Part shown: piece by piece, positions 30,583 to 41,256 of the stretch | How positions within the stretch are numbered: position 1 is the first letter of the stretch | How the letters are laid out: every line of letters starts with the position of its first letter | From: Thermodesulfobacteriota bacterium | GTDB lineage: Bacteria > Desulfobacterota_D > UBA1144 > Nemesobacterales > UBA2774 | Length of the DNA stretch: 64,000 nucleotides | Direction of reading: 5' to 3' | Assembly (NCBI GenBank): GCA_965223335.1 | Contig: OZ244991.1 | Coordinates: 2,368,001-2,432,000 of the forward strand | Notes under the pieces: generated by a model | The model's database searches: none | What the model was told of the DNA's origin: nothing | What the model saw: only the letters and a program-made list of their open reading frames with translations | Made by a program: the position numbers and the translations under genes

Positions 30583-30801
30583 AGGTTTCACGTTTTTTTC
30601 AGTTTTTCACCCTTCCCAAATGGGATCGCTAGATCCCAGTCCCGGTACTCCCTGATGAATGGGGCCTCTTGGCCTCCTTTTGATCAAGGAAAAGTGCGAA
30701 GTAGATAGGTAATTAGTATCGGTCAGGTAAGTTGGAAACCCTAGAGCAATTGAACTCCCGGCACTCCCATAATACGGAGTCCGTGACCCCTGCCCGGGTC
30801 G

Positions 30802-31845
30802 CTACACACCAACTCCCTCTCGGCCCCCATTCCTCCGGCGCAGCATATACACTGCAATAAGCCCCATAAACACGGTCATAAATATAAGCCCCCACTCCGA
30901 TGCTGTGGGTATTACTGCAGCATCGTCCCCAACACGGTTGAGTATTACATCGTCCATCACCAACTCAGTGGTATCCGCTCGGTTCCATCCGGCAGTAGTT
31001 GCAAAAGCAAAATGCCCCCAGTTGATAAACGATATATCCATCTCTTCCTGTGTTGCTACAAACTCAACAAGATAGGTATGAGACTCATCCGCTCCAAACA
31101 CGGTGGTGCCCTCCCGCGGTGCGGATCCTCCTGCCCCGGCAGGAATTGTTAAATAGAGCAACTCATGATCCTCAATCTGAAGACCAAAAATTCCATCTCC
31201 GCGCACAAAACTGCCGTCTGCATATAAACTGCTGGCCCATTCAGAGGATGTCCAGAAACTAAGCCTATACGTTTCACCGGGAATAAGCCTCGTCACAGTC
31301 TGTGTAAGGGTAACACCAGTACCATAATCCGGATTTAATACTATTATAGGTGGATTCGGGAATGTCACCTCACCATTGGATTCAAATGTAGGGGTCTCCG
31401 ATATGCTTTCTATATACGAATTTCCAAAGTAAAGTGCACGGTTCCCATGTATATTGGGGTCTGAATACGCAATACCATATTCGGGCGTTACAAGAATAGG
31501 CAAAAAAGATATCTCCTCGAAATTATTCCCCCATATTGCATAGGTCCGAGTACCCCCGCCCGTAGTCGTCCAGTGATGGGGCTCTGCAAATGGTATAAGT
31601 ACCGTACCAGAGGAAAAATAGTAGTATCCATCACCGTCAATTCCATCGTAGAATACAAAACCCTTCCCACCATCAGTCAGGTGCGGAGTTTCAAAACTGC
31701 CGTTTTGCACCAGATTTATATTGCGGTTAAGCGGTGGCTCACCCTCCAAGATAATGGGCTTTTGAGCATTGGCAACATAAGTACCAAACAACACTGTTAA
31801 AATTAATATATGTAGAGGGATTAAGGTTCTGGGCATATTTTTCAT
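30802..31845 (-). CDS. IPTL-CTERM surface protein, family B (galactose-binding/DUF642-like)
   Basis: NLVQNGSFE, L.QTV..L.PG..YRLSFW, MDDV.L, IPTASEWGL tail. Confidence 0.8.
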   Translation of the reverse strand: MKNMPRTLIPLHILILTVLFGTYVANAQKPIILEGEPPLNRNINLVQNGSFETPHLTDGGKGFVFYDGIDGDGYYYFSSGTVLIPFAEPHHWTTTGGGTRTYAIWGNNFEEISFLPILVTPEYGIAYSDPNIHGNRALYFGNSYIESISETPTFESNGEVTFPNPPIIVLNPDYGTGVTLTQTVTRLIPGETYRLSFWTSSEWASSLYADGSFVRGDGIFGLQIEDHELLYLTIPAGAGGSAPREGTTVFGADESHTYLVEFVATQEEMDISFINWGHFAFATTAGWNRADTTELVMDDVILNRVGDDAAVIPTASEWGLIFMTVFMGLIAVYMLRRRNGGREGVGV

Positions 31846-31968
31846 TGGAGGATCAGGTTCAGTTTAAGTAACTATTCTCTTTGATTACTAGTAACTAAGC
31901 ATTTATACCCCGTCCACTATGATAAGCTAAACAGATTCTAACGTCAATAAACCAACTCCCTCTCTGTC

Positions 31969-32128
31969 CCGACATTACGGCAATGGCGTATAGAAAATAA
32001 GCTTGAGAGGCGTTAAGAATGGATTTCGGGGATGTGGCGGGATAAATCTATTTAGCATCGAGAGTTTATTTTTAGCCATTTCCGTACCGTCGGTGATTTT
32101 TGCGCACTTTTCATCAAGGAAAAGTGCG
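31969..32128. repeat. Dispersed element type A lacking the first hairpin
   Basis: ccgacattacgg...ccgtaccgtcgg, cgcactttt/aaaagtgcg. Confidence 0.85.
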
Positions 32129-32260
32129 AAGTAGATAGGTAATTAGTATCGGTCAGGTAAGTTGGAAACCCTAGAGCAATTGAACTCCCGGCACTCCCAT
32201 AATACGGAGTCCGTGACCCCTGCCTGGGTCTCTAGACCCTATGAATGGGGCGTCCAGGCT

Positions 32261-32611
32261 CCCACTTCCCCATTTTGTCCCTGCCTGCCGCTCGCGATCA
32301 AACTGCTCACTTGCGGTCCCCACTTCCCCATCTTGTCCCTGCCTGCCGCTCGCGATCAAACTGCTCACTTGCGGTCCCCACTTCCCCATCTTGTCCCTGC
32401 CTGCCGCTCGCGATCAAACTGCTCACTTGCGGTCCCCACTTCCCCATCTTGTCCCTGCCTGCCGCTCGCGATCAAACTGCTCACTTGCGGTCCCCACTTC
32501 CCCATCTTGTCCCTGCCTGCCGCTCGCGATCAAACTGCTCACTTGCGGTCCCCACTTCCCCATCTTGTCCCTGCCTGCCGCTCATACACAACATTCGCTA
32601 ACGGTCCCCAT
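32261..32611. repeat. 58-bp tandem array: five copies plus a variant sixth
   Basis: Unit cccacttccccatcttgtccctgcctgccgctcgcgatcaaactgctcacttgcggtc starting at 32261, 32319, 32377, 32435, 32493 and 32551. Confidence 0.95.
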
Positions 32612-32690
32612 GGGCACTAAAGCCCCGGTACCCCCTTATGAATGGGGCGTCCATTCCTCCGCTTCCCTATTTTATCCCTACCTACGGTCG

Positions 32691-33728
32691 TTACACACCA
32701 ACTCCCTCTCGGCCCCCATTCCTCCGGCGCAGCATATACACTGCAATGAGCCCCATAAACACGGTCATAAATATAAGCCCCCACTCAGACGCTGTGGGAA
32801 TAGAAGTCGGGTCATCATTAACCAGGTTAAGTATCACGTCGTCCATCACATACTCTGTGGTTCTGCTGCGTGTCCACCCTACGGTGCCCGACGGCAGGCC
32901 CTCTGACTGGTAATGCCCCCAGTTTATAAACGATATATCCATCTGCTCGCGGGTAGCCACAAACTCCACTACATATGTGTGCGACTGGTCGAAACCAAAA
33001 ACAGAGTTTCCAGGCGAAGCCCCACCCGCGGGTGTGGTCAGGTAAAGCAGCTCATAGTCCTCTATCTGCAAACCGAATATGCCGTCTTCATTAGTAAAAG
33101 TGTCCGCAAACACCCCGCTTGCATACTCCGACGATACCCAAAAGCTAAGTCTGTACCTCTCACCGGGGATCAACCCCGCCACTGTTTGTGTCACGGTAAG
33201 CCCTGTCCCATAACCCGGTCGTGGGATTATTTTAGGAGGGCTAGTGAATACGACCTCGCCGTTTGGCGCAAACGTAGGTGTTTCCGATATACTCTGTACA
33301 AACTGGTTCCCTAAATATATTGCCCTGTCTCCGTGTATGTTCGGGTCCGAGTAACCAATGCCCGTTTCAGGTATAGCAATGGTGCCAAAATCTTTCGCTT
33401 CAAAATTATTGCCCCATTGACCATATGTATTGGGGCCGCCCCCGCTAGTGACCCAACCGTCCGGCACAGCAAAGGGAGTCAGTGTGGTGCCTGTGGAAAA
33501 ATAGTAGTACCCATCGCCGTCTACACCATCAAATACAAAGAACCCCAACGAGCCCCCTGTCAGGTGCGGCTCCTCAAAGCTCCCGTTGACTATGAGGTTT
33601 GCATTACGGTTAAGCGGCGGGTGGTTTTCCAATATCACAGGCTTCTGTGCTTTGGCTAAAAATGCAAAGAACAACATTGTAGCTAAAAATATAGGCGCGT
33701 ATATTAAAGTTCTGATTATAGCCTTCAT
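32691..33728 (-). CDS. IPTL-CTERM surface protein, family B
   Basis: Paralog of 30802; IPTASEWG tail. Confidence 0.8.
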   Translation of the reverse strand: MKAIIRTLIYAPIFLATMLFFAFLAKAQKPVILENHPPLNRNANLIVNGSFEEPHLTGGSLGFFVFDGVDGDGYYYFSTGTTLTPFAVPDGWVTSGGGPNTYGQWGNNFEAKDFGTIAIPETGIGYSDPNIHGDRAIYLGNQFVQSISETPTFAPNGEVVFTSPPKIIPRPGYGTGLTVTQTVAGLIPGERYRLSFWVSSEYASGVFADTFTNEDGIFGLQIEDYELLYLTTPAGGASPGNSVFGFDQSHTYVVEFVATREQMDISFINWGHYQSEGLPSGTVGWTRSRTTEYVMDDVILNLVNDDPTSIPTASEWGLIFMTVFMGLIAVYMLRRRNGGREGVGV

Positions 33729-33785
33729 ATGTGTATCAGATCCTTTTTTAGTAGATGGTTACAACCATAACACAAAATGCTATAC

Positions 33786-34814
33786 CTATGCCGGCCTCCG
33801 AGTACGGTTACGAAGCATATAGACTGCAATCAGCCCCATAAACACGCTCATAAATATAAGCCCCCACTCCGAGGCCGTAGGTATTGCGGCAGTGTTGTCC
33901 TCCACCAGGTTTAGTATCACATCATCCATCACATACTCAGTAGTTAAACCACGTGTCCAACCGGCTGTGGTGCTGGGTGCATAATGCCCCCAGTTTATAA
34001 ACGATATTTCCATCTCCTCCTGCGTAGCTACAAACTCCACTACGTATGTATGCGACTCGTCTAAGCCAAACACTGTTGTTACTCCCGGCGGCGCTGATGC
34101 CCCGGCTGGTGTAGTCAGATAGAGCAGTTCATAACCCTCGATCTGGAGACCGAATATGCCGTCCTCACGAAAAAAATCAAACTCTACAAATACGCCGCTT
34201 GCCCACTCGGATGAGGTCCAGAAGCTAAGCCTGTACCTCTCTCCCGGAATCAGACCAGTCACATTCTGGGTCAACGTAAGCCCCGTCCCGTACCCCGGCC
34301 TCAAGATTATTGTGGGATGGTTTGTAAATATCACCTCGCCGTTCGGTGCAAACGTAGGAGTCTCCGAAATGCTAAGCACATGAAAATTCCCAAAATAAAG
34401 TGCTCGGTCCCCGTGCTTGTCGGGGTCGGAATACGCAATCCCTGTCTCTGGTGCTGTAAATGTAGGTGTCAGCACTTTTTCCTCAAAATTATTGCCCCAA
34501 ATCGCATAAGTCTGTGTACCCCCGCCCGAGCTCGTCCATCCGTCGGGCAGCGCAAACGGAGTGTTGACTGTACCGGTTGAAAAATAGTAATATCCGTCAC
34601 CGTCAGTTCCATCAAACGTAGCAAATCCCAGTGCACCCCCTGTAAGGCGGGGCTCTTCAAAGCTCCCGTTAAAAATAAGGTTTTTACTGCGGTCAAGCGG
34701 AGGGTGATTCTCCAATATCACAGGCTTCTGTGCTTTGGCGATATATGTACCTAAAGCGATCATCAGTATTAATGCAGATGTATAAAACAGAGCTCTTAAC
34801 ATATCGCGTACCAA
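33786..34814 (-). CDS. IPTL-CTERM surface protein, family B
   Basis: Paralog of 30802; IPTASEWG tail. Confidence 0.8.
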   Translation of the reverse strand: MVRDMLRALFYTSALILMIALGTYIAKAQKPVILENHPPLDRSKNLIFNGSFEEPRLTGGALGFATFDGTDGDGYYYFSTGTVNTPFALPDGWTSSGGGTQTYAIWGNNFEEKVLTPTFTAPETGIAYSDPDKHGDRALYFGNFHVLSISETPTFAPNGEVIFTNHPTIILRPGYGTGLTLTQNVTGLIPGERYRLSFWTSSEWASGVFVEFDFFREDGIFGLQIEGYELLYLTTPAGASAPPGVTTVFGLDESHTYVVEFVATQEEMEISFINWGHYAPSTTAGWTRGLTTEYVMDDVILNLVEDNTAAIPTASEWGLIFMSVFMGLIAVYMLRNRTRRPA

Positions 34815-35262
34815 CCTCCGTATGAAGACTAGGTTTAGTGTTGCCTTAAGGCATTTCCTTGTTCATTTGTGTGTGTGAAATCATCATTTACGATCCCAAA
34901 TATCATATTTGCTTCTCTACAGTACGTCAATTTTACTAATACAAATATATAATGAAAAAGAAAACCATTATCCGAAGTGTTTAAATCACCCTTCCTGCTT
35001 CCACGCAGGTAATACTTTGCTCTGCTCATCTCGGTCAAAAAAAGACCCCGATATAAACCCCCTAGCAGCTTATGTGCTTAAAAAAACCGATGCCCAATCT
35101 CTCAAAAAACAGTTGCATCCAAAAAACAGATCCTGCATACTATTCTGCACTATTGGTGCATTGTCATAAATCTATTTATGCCCCGTCACACACACCATGC
35201 ACAATTTTTCCTGTAACAGCTGGTTTATATAATCAAACTTAAGACGAAAAGGAGGCTTTACT

Positions 35263-35493
35263 ATGAAGAGACTGACTTTAATCGCATTTGCATTGTCGAT
35301 GTTCGTATCAGTACCCGTATGGGCCGAGAACAAGAGCACTAAACCCGAAGGCATACGGTGCAACGTCGCAGACAAAAAAGTATGCGTGATTGCCAAGACC
35401 GAAGGCGACTGCAAAAAAATAGAGGGCGAAGTTGTAGAGGCTTGTCCCGAGCCCGAAGCCCAGAAGGACAAAACCAAGACTTGGGGTAAGTGA
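35263..35493 (+). CDS. Small secreted 4-Cys protein
   Basis: AGGAGG SD, signal peptide ending VWA, four Cys. Confidence 0.65.
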   Translation: MKRLTLIAFALSMFVSVPVWAENKSTKPEGIRCNVADKKVCVIAKTEGDCKKIEGEVVEACPEPEAQKDKTKTWGK

Positions 35494-35839
35494 TAGGTAT
35501 TACCCACCTTCCCTATCTGGCCTAAAAGCACTTAAGATATGCCGCGGTAAAACCTATGCCCGAGGCCAACACAATGTCTAACATACCAATGCAGGCAACC
35601 GTAAGATTTCTATGGTTTTTCATTCTTGCTCTTGCCCCACCCCCAACCGACAACGATCTTAGGATCAATCAGAGTAGGACCAGTTCCAAAACCTTTACCA
35701 TTTCGCTGCCCCACCCACTGCCGACACCTTCGTCCCGCTCAATTTCACGATTTTCCGCTACTACTTTCCCAACACCCCTTTAGCAACATATGTTTTTAAA
35801 CCATGGTAAGCTAAGATATAGTATTAATAAGGTGTTCAC

Positions 35840-36487
35840 ATGTATATTCGTCCATTCATTATAGCCCTTGCTGTGTTTGTTGCACTTGCATTCGTCATGC
35901 AGTCAATACCAAATACCCCGACTGCCAAAGCATACGACAGCACCTATCATTTAAAGGATATTGTTACAGAAGGGCTTGCAGAAACCACTTGGGGTTCCAC
36001 AGACATAGCATCTATCGAGACGCTTGAATCCGACCCCAAAGGCGGCAAAGCTGTGTTTAAATACAGCTCGCAAACCGAACTTTCCTGCGAAATCCTATAC
36101 AAGTGGGAATTCTCCAAGGATATAAGCGACTTAGACTTCCACGACCTAATCCGCGTGGACCTTACCTATGAACTCACCAACGGCGAGTCCGACTGCCTCA
36201 AGGCCCCGCTCGAGTTCTATGCCAGCTTTGGCTACTTCAAACGCAACGACAAAAAGGGTTCCTACGACGATATTATTGTAGGAAACATCCCCGAAAACGC
36301 GCTGTATGATTACAAATCCAAGTGGTTCGGCTTTATTAAACTCTCAGAAGATTCCCCTAACCGTACTAAGGAATTTATGACCCGTATGCCCCGCTTCAAA
36401 CCCGACCAATACTTCACAGTCTTGTTCTCAATCGGCCTCAACTCCGACCTCTTCCCCTCCACCGCTTACATCTTTAAGGTGAATTAA
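35840..36487 (+). CDS. Secreted hypothetical protein
   Basis: Signal peptide ending AKA; 215-aa ORF. Confidence 0.6.
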   Translation: MYIRPFIIALAVFVALAFVMQSIPNTPTAKAYDSTYHLKDIVTEGLAETTWGSTDIASIETLESDPKGGKAVFKYSSQTELSCEILYKWEFSKDISDLDFHDLIRVDLTYELTNGESDCLKAPLEFYASFGYFKRNDKKGSYDDIIVGNIPENALYDYKSKWFGFIKLSEDSPNRTKEFMTRMPRFKPDQYFTVLFSIGLNSDLFPSTAYIFKVN

Positions 36488-36619
36488 TCTATCATATTTT
36501 AGTGACCCAAATTGTCTAAGATAAACTTGTACAACCATCTTCGAGAATTATGTAACAGCCTATAAATACTTGATAATACCACATTTTAGGAATAATATAT
36601 GGAATAATATATCCGCATA

Positions 36620-36648
36620 TTGACAAAATCTTTCTGCTCTCATATAAT
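36620..36648 (+). promoter_or_regulatory. Consensus sigma70 promoter
   Basis: TTGACA-N17-TATAAT exact match, upstream of AGGAGG and TTG 36679. Confidence 0.8.
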
Positions 36649-36678
36649 ATTAAAACTAAAAGAGTAGGAGGTTTAAAA

Positions 36679-37341
36679 TTGAATCGACGTAATGAAGCTA
36701 TGATTAGCCAGGATAAAGCTTTGAGTATATTACAGCCTTATTTCAAAGACATTATTAATATGCACATTAATGCATTCAATACATTTATGAAATCTTCCGA
36801 TAACTTACAACTATTTAGTAATAGCACTCAGGCTTCGATGATTCATGATTTGATCGTTAATGAAGCCAAGCAAAAGTTTTCTGGTTCGCAAAATGTAAAA
36901 CTGTTAACATATCAGCGTCTAGATTTAGCAATCTTTGATAAATGTCTCAGAGCTAGATTTAAAAAACTAAATAAAGACCTAACAGCATCCAATCACCCCA
37001 CTAACCAAGTTAAGCATTTTAATTCTCAAGAGTCATTGATATGCGGACAATTATATCTACCAGGTATTGTTCAAGATGAGTTCTCTGTTAATGATAATTT
37101 TGCTAACATCAATATTGGGTATAGACCGAATGAAATTGGAACTTATGTTCAGGGAATATACATCACGTGTCCAATGAACAACAATACTAATCGATGGGAA
37201 CATCAAATTTACGCTCATAATGTCACAGATATTTTCACGGAGATCATAGGGACTGAATATGACCCTTCAGAAGAAAAAACATACAAAATTAGAATCAAAA
37301 ATAACTCAAAAGAGGGTAAAACTGATGAACAACAAGGTTAA
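36679..37341 (+). CDS. Putative toxin partner of the XRE-ImmA/IrrE protein
   Basis: AT-rich; overlaps the downstream gene; RFKKL....SN.PT.Q motif recalled from such partners. Confidence 0.55.
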   Translation: MNRRNEAMISQDKALSILQPYFKDIINMHINAFNTFMKSSDNLQLFSNSTQASMIHDLIVNEAKQKFSGSQNVKLLTYQRLDLAIFDKCLRARFKKLNKDLTASNHPTNQVKHFNSQESLICGQLYLPGIVQDEFSVNDNFANINIGYRPNEIGTYVQGIYITCPMNNNTNRWEHQIYAHNVTDIFTEIIGTEYDPSEEKTYKIRIKNNSKEGKTDEQQG

Positions 37342-38386
37342 TCCTAAGATGTTTATATTGGCTCGTGAGTCAAGGGGATATAACCAGTCGCAACTAGCTG
37401 AAGAATTAGGAGTTAGTCAAGGGACAGTTTCTAAGATTGAGAATAGTTCTCAAGGAGCACAGCCATTTATAGACAAAATATCAGAAATCTTACATTATCC
37501 ACAAGATTTTTTCTTTGAAAATAATGAGTTGTACCCTCCTGGCATAAATTTTTATCGCAAATATGAAACTCTACAAAAAAAAGAACTAGATCAAATTGCA
37601 GCTCAGGTTGATATACAACGTATTCATATTCAGAAATTATTACATTCAACAGAAATTTGTTCAGATTTTATTCTCAATAATTTAGAACACGATACCCCTG
37701 AAGATGCTGCTGGTTATATGAGAGAATATTGGAGGATATCTAACGGCCCAATAGACAATCTCACATCTTTATTGGAAGGTACTGGTATATTGGTAGTAGC
37801 AAGAGATTTTAACACTAATAAATTTTCTGCAGTTACTAAATACACCGAAGAATCACAATATATTATCGTTATAAATGATAATATGCCATTTGATAGATAT
37901 AGATTTACTCTTGCTCATGAGTTAGGACATATTATCTTACATAGGATTTCTAAACCAGAAGCTGAGGATGAAGCCAATGCTTTTGCATCAGAACTCCTTA
38001 TGCCTGAAAATGATATAAAGCAATATCTATTCAACTTGAATTTAAAGAAATTGGCCACACTCAAATTACATTGGAAAGTATCTATGGGATCATTAATAGA
38101 ACGCGCTTACACGCTAAAAACGATCACACAAAGACAGAGACGTTATCTATGGACACAGATGGCAACACATGGCTATAAAAGACGTGAACCACCTGAGTTA
38201 GACGTTCCAAAAGAAAGACCTAATATCATTAACGAGCTCATTGAATTACATACAAATGATTTGGGATACAGCCAGAATGAGCTTTGCAAACTTTTAAATT
38301 TATACATGGATGAGTTCTTAGAGTTGTATAACACTCATTCTACTAGCAACGCCGACCATCGTAAGCCAAATCTGCGAATAGTCTAA
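37325..38386 (+). CDS. XRE HTH + ImmA/IrrE (M78) metallopeptidase
   Basis: ARESRGYNQSQLAEELGVSQGTVSKIE; RFTLAHELGH; EDEANAFASELLMP. Confidence 0.92.
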   Translation: MNNKVNPKMFILARESRGYNQSQLAEELGVSQGTVSKIENSSQGAQPFIDKISEILHYPQDFFFENNELYPPGINFYRKYETLQKKELDQIAAQVDIQRIHIQKLLHSTEICSDFILNNLEHDTPEDAAGYMREYWRISNGPIDNLTSLLEGTGILVVARDFNTNKFSAVTKYTEESQYIIVINDNMPFDRYRFTLAHELGHIILHRISKPEAEDEANAFASELLMPENDIKQYLFNLNLKKLATLKLHWKVSMGSLIERAYTLKTITQRQRRYLWTQMATHGYKRREPPELDVPKERPNIINELIELHTNDLGYSQNELCKLLNLYMDEFLELYNTHSTSNADHRKPNLRIV

Positions 38387-38512
38387 GACCTATTTGCTAC
38401 AATATCATTAATATACAGTCGGTTGCACCACATACATAAAGCAACATGTAACAAGATGTTCTGATTAACTTGGACACTTCAGCGCGGTGCGTTCGGGACG
38501 CAGAGGCCTCAG

Positions 38513-38950
38513 TTAAACCTCAGCCTCCCTTATCATCCTCACATCTGTCTCCGATATCCCATAGAACAGCGCCAGGCGGTCGGGCGACTCGCTGCTGTAC
38601 TTTATCGAGTATATATCCTCTTTCTCAAGGCTATAGCGGAAAGCCAGCTTTGTAACACGGCTCCTTACAATCTTTTTAGGCTGGTTCGGGATGTTGTCGG
38701 CCAGATACTGGTCATTTTGCCTCCGCACCTCTATCTCTCTGAGCATCTTGTTTAGTTTTTTATAGTTTGTACGGTCGTCCACCGTCCTTATGCTCCACAA
38801 CGTACCCCTATGGGCACTTACCGAGAACGACACCGCAAACACACAGCCCGTAGTGGTTTTATTGCGGCATTCCATATCGTGTGTACCGTCCGAATATATC
38901 AAGTCACCCCCGCACATGGGGCATTCTAGATAATTGAAGCAGCTTCCCAT
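38513..38950 (-). CDS. Hypothetical zinc-ribbon + HTH-like protein
   Basis: CPMC...C....C; C-terminal RLALFYGISETDVRMI HTH-like segment. Confidence 0.55.
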   Translation of the reverse strand: MGSCFNYLECPMCGGDLIYSDGTHDMECRNKTTTGCVFAVSFSVSAHRGTLWSIRTVDDRTNYKKLNKMLREIEVRRQNDQYLADNIPNQPKKIVRSRVTKLAFRYSLEKEDIYSIKYSSESPDRLALFYGISETDVRMIREAEV

Positions 38951-39042
38951 TTTAGTATCTCCTCTCGCACATTGAGTGTGGCACACAGAGTGTGCTTTCA
39001 TGTCTTTAGTCTTTTGCTTTTAGTCTTTAGTCTTTCCCCCCA

Positions 39043-39222
39043 TGGTGTCGAAGACACCAGTTCCGACATTACGGCAATGGCGTATAGAAAATAAGCTTGA
39101 GAGGCGTTAAAAATGTATTTCGGGGCTGTGGGTTGGATAAATACATTTAGCCTAGATAGATTATTTTTAGCCATTTCCGTACAGTCGGTGATTTTTGTTA
39201 CTTTTCATCAAGGAAAAGTAGC
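39043..39222. repeat. Three-hairpin dispersed element, stem type A
   Basis: tggtgtcgaagacacca hairpin plus type A stem. Confidence 0.85.
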
Positions 39223-39550
39223 ACAGTGCCTGTGCACGCATATCATTTCTGCACAACGACTTTGACCTTACAATCTGTCTCATAACTCTTGCTACTCCCT
39301 TAGAAACGGGGTCTCCAAACCCCCCGGTCTCTTTATTTTGTCCCTCCCTGTCGCTAGCTCCCGGTCTCTTTATTTTGTTCCTGCCTCCAGTCGCCTCACT
39401 ACGGCTCCTTATCGGTCCCCATTGGCACTCACGTATCGTCATGCCCTTTGTGAACGGGGCCTCCAGGCCCCCGGTCTCTTTATTTTGTCCCTGCCTGCCG
39501 CTCATACACTACATTCGCTGGCGGTCCCCATTGGCACTAAAGTCCCGGCA

Positions 39551-39838
39551 CTATGTTTTGCCCGGGTCGCGAGACCCCGGGACCCAGGGCGACTGTATCT
39601 CCTCTGCCCCTCCCCTGGGTGCCTCGGCCTCGACCCGGGGCATCTCGACCCGCGGCACCCTGTAGCGCGGCCCATTCCGCTTGGGCAGGTGCAGGATAAT
39701 ATCCCTAGATAACCCCTTGTTCCTGCCGTGATATATCTCGTAGTCTCCGTCGTCATGTATAAGCCCCACAATCTTGTAGCCGATGGCCGTGCGCCTCGAA
39801 AAATACCTGTTCCTCTGTCGTCTCCGTCTCCTCGTCAT
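39551..39838 (-). CDS. Hypothetical phage-like protein
   Basis: ATGA-coupled to the upstream ORF. Confidence 0.4.
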   Translation of the reverse strand: MTRRRRRQRNRYFSRRTAIGYKIVGLIHDDGDYEIYHGRNKGLSRDIILHLPKRNGPRYRVPRVEMPRVEAEAPRGGAEEIQSPWVPGSRDPGKT

Positions 39839-40038
39839 CTCCAGAAATACGGGTCCTCACGCTTCCCTGCATAGAGCTCCGCGACCGAGGCAAAGATCTT
39901 TGGGCTCGAGACCGAATCCCGGCACCTCATATAGCCCATCACACACGATGCCCTCTTGCAGCTCCCACACACCACGACCGTCTTTTCCGCATTCATATAC
40001 TCATCGCTGTAATCTATCAACCTACTGTCGTCAGGCAT
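39835..40038 (-). CDS. Small Cys-containing phage-like protein
   Basis: GGAGGT SD; CGSCKRASC...C. Confidence 0.55.
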   Translation of the reverse strand: MPDDSRLIDYSDEYMNAEKTVVVCGSCKRASCVMGYMRCRDSVSSPKIFASVAELYAGKREDPYFWR

Positions 40039-40064
40039 GTCTACTTACCTCCTTCACTCTAGTT

Positions 40065-40427
40065 TTAGTATCTAAACCCGTCCTGCCTGTCCTTTTTCAA
40101 GGCCCCCAGGCTGCTTGCCTCTATCTTTTTAAGTTTCTTGCTTCGCCGTTTGGACTTTTTGTACAGCTTTTGATAGAACGACGGCGGCTCCATCTGCTCA
40201 AACACAGGCCTTCTGTCGGCCGTCATCCCCACCTTCTTGCGCTTGGGATATGCCCAGAGCTTAGGCGGCTCGTCTATCTCCTTTTCCCCGCCCAGGTATA
40301 TAAGCTTTGTAGGCTTCACCCAAAACCACCAGTTGTACTCGTCCTCGCGGTAAAACCCCATCACTCTGTAGATTTTTATCACCCCGTCTTCCGTACCGAT
40401 GGGGTAACATTGTCTGAATTCACACAT
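40065..40427 (-). CDS. Hypothetical phage-like protein
   Basis: Overlaps the stop of the replication gene. Confidence 0.5.
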   Translation of the reverse strand: MCEFRQCYPIGTEDGVIKIYRVMGFYREDEYNWWFWVKPTKLIYLGGEKEIDEPPKLWAYPKRKKVGMTADRRPVFEQMEPPSFYQKLYKKSKRRSKKLKKIEASSLGALKKDRQDGFRY

Positions 40428-41256
40428 AGCTCTCCGGTGCGTACCTTATGTTCTTCTCACCCCGTTTTTTTGCCTTTAAGTACGCCTGTCTGTCCGTGTA
40501 CGTAGTCCCTCTGAATCCCTCGCGATCGCCGCTGTTATTTCGCGACCTATATAGACGACGGCCCGCATCGGCCCGCTCCTGCTCGCGCCCGAGCCATGAC
40601 GATATCGTACGCCTTAGCCCCCCGGCCGAGGTCCTGCGCTGACGGATCTTAACAGGGTTGCATATACACCACTCCCTTATGCGCCTTAGCTCCGCGGCCA
40701 CCTCCACATCCGGGTACGCCTTCTGCCACTCGTCTATTAACCCCTTTTCGATCCCCGTAAACTCTTTTCGCCTCAGGTCAAACCCCACCTTGCCTTCCGC
40801 CTCGTCACCCGTAGTCCCGAGATTATCCCCTTCTTTATATATATTCTTTATAGTTTTTATATTCTTTATAGTTTCCTGCTTACCGGTAGTACTGTCGGGT
40901 GGTTTACAGCCAACCTGTCCGCTCGCTTGCCCCTCACCAGTTATGCGAGCAATGATGTTTTCCCTATCCAGTGTATAGTGGCTTGTGGCCGGGATCCCCC
41001 TGCGCTCAATCTCGACCAGGTTAAGGTCCCTAAGCTTTTTCTTTGCCGACCTCAGCTCATAGGGCCCAAGCCTCATACGCTCGCATATAGCCTCGTCACT
41101 CTTCACCACTGCACCGCCTTTTTTGTATGTATCCCAAAACACCAACTGCGAGAGCAATAGCCCCGCCGTTATGCTGCCCGTAAGCCTCGAGAACGTCGGA
41201 TAATAGGCCACCGGCTTTTTCCCCGCACGCTCCAAGGCCCTTTTAATCTCACTCAT
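40420..41256 (-). CDS. Phage replication initiator-like protein
   Basis: N-terminal wHTH (AYYP....LTGSITAGLLLSQLVFW); C-terminal W.KAYP.V.V..EL......W...NP motif; GGAGG SD. Confidence 0.7.
   Translation of the reverse strand: MSEIKRALERAGKKPVAYYPTFSRLTGSITAGLLLSQLVFWDTYKKGGAVVKSDEAICERMRLGPYELRSAKKKLRDLNLVEIERRGIPATSHYTLDRENIIARITGEGQASGQVGCKPPDSTTGKQETIKNIKTIKNIYKEGDNLGTTGDEAEGKVGFDLRRKEFTGIEKGLIDEWQKAYPDVEVAAELRRIREWCICNPVKIRQRRTSAGGLRRTISSWLGREQERADAGRRLYRSRNNSGDREGFRGTTYTDRQAYLKAKKRGEKNIRYAPESYV

Noticed and set aside
32261..32611. CRISPR array
   Set aside because: Units are identical with no unique spacers, and no cas genes are present
32162..32906. Repetitive ORFs in several frames
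   Set aside because: By-products of the 58-bp array, whose period is not a multiple of 3
21870..34814. Diversity-generating retroelement acting on the IPTL genes
   Set aside because: No reverse transcriptase and no adenine-specific TR/VR pair seen
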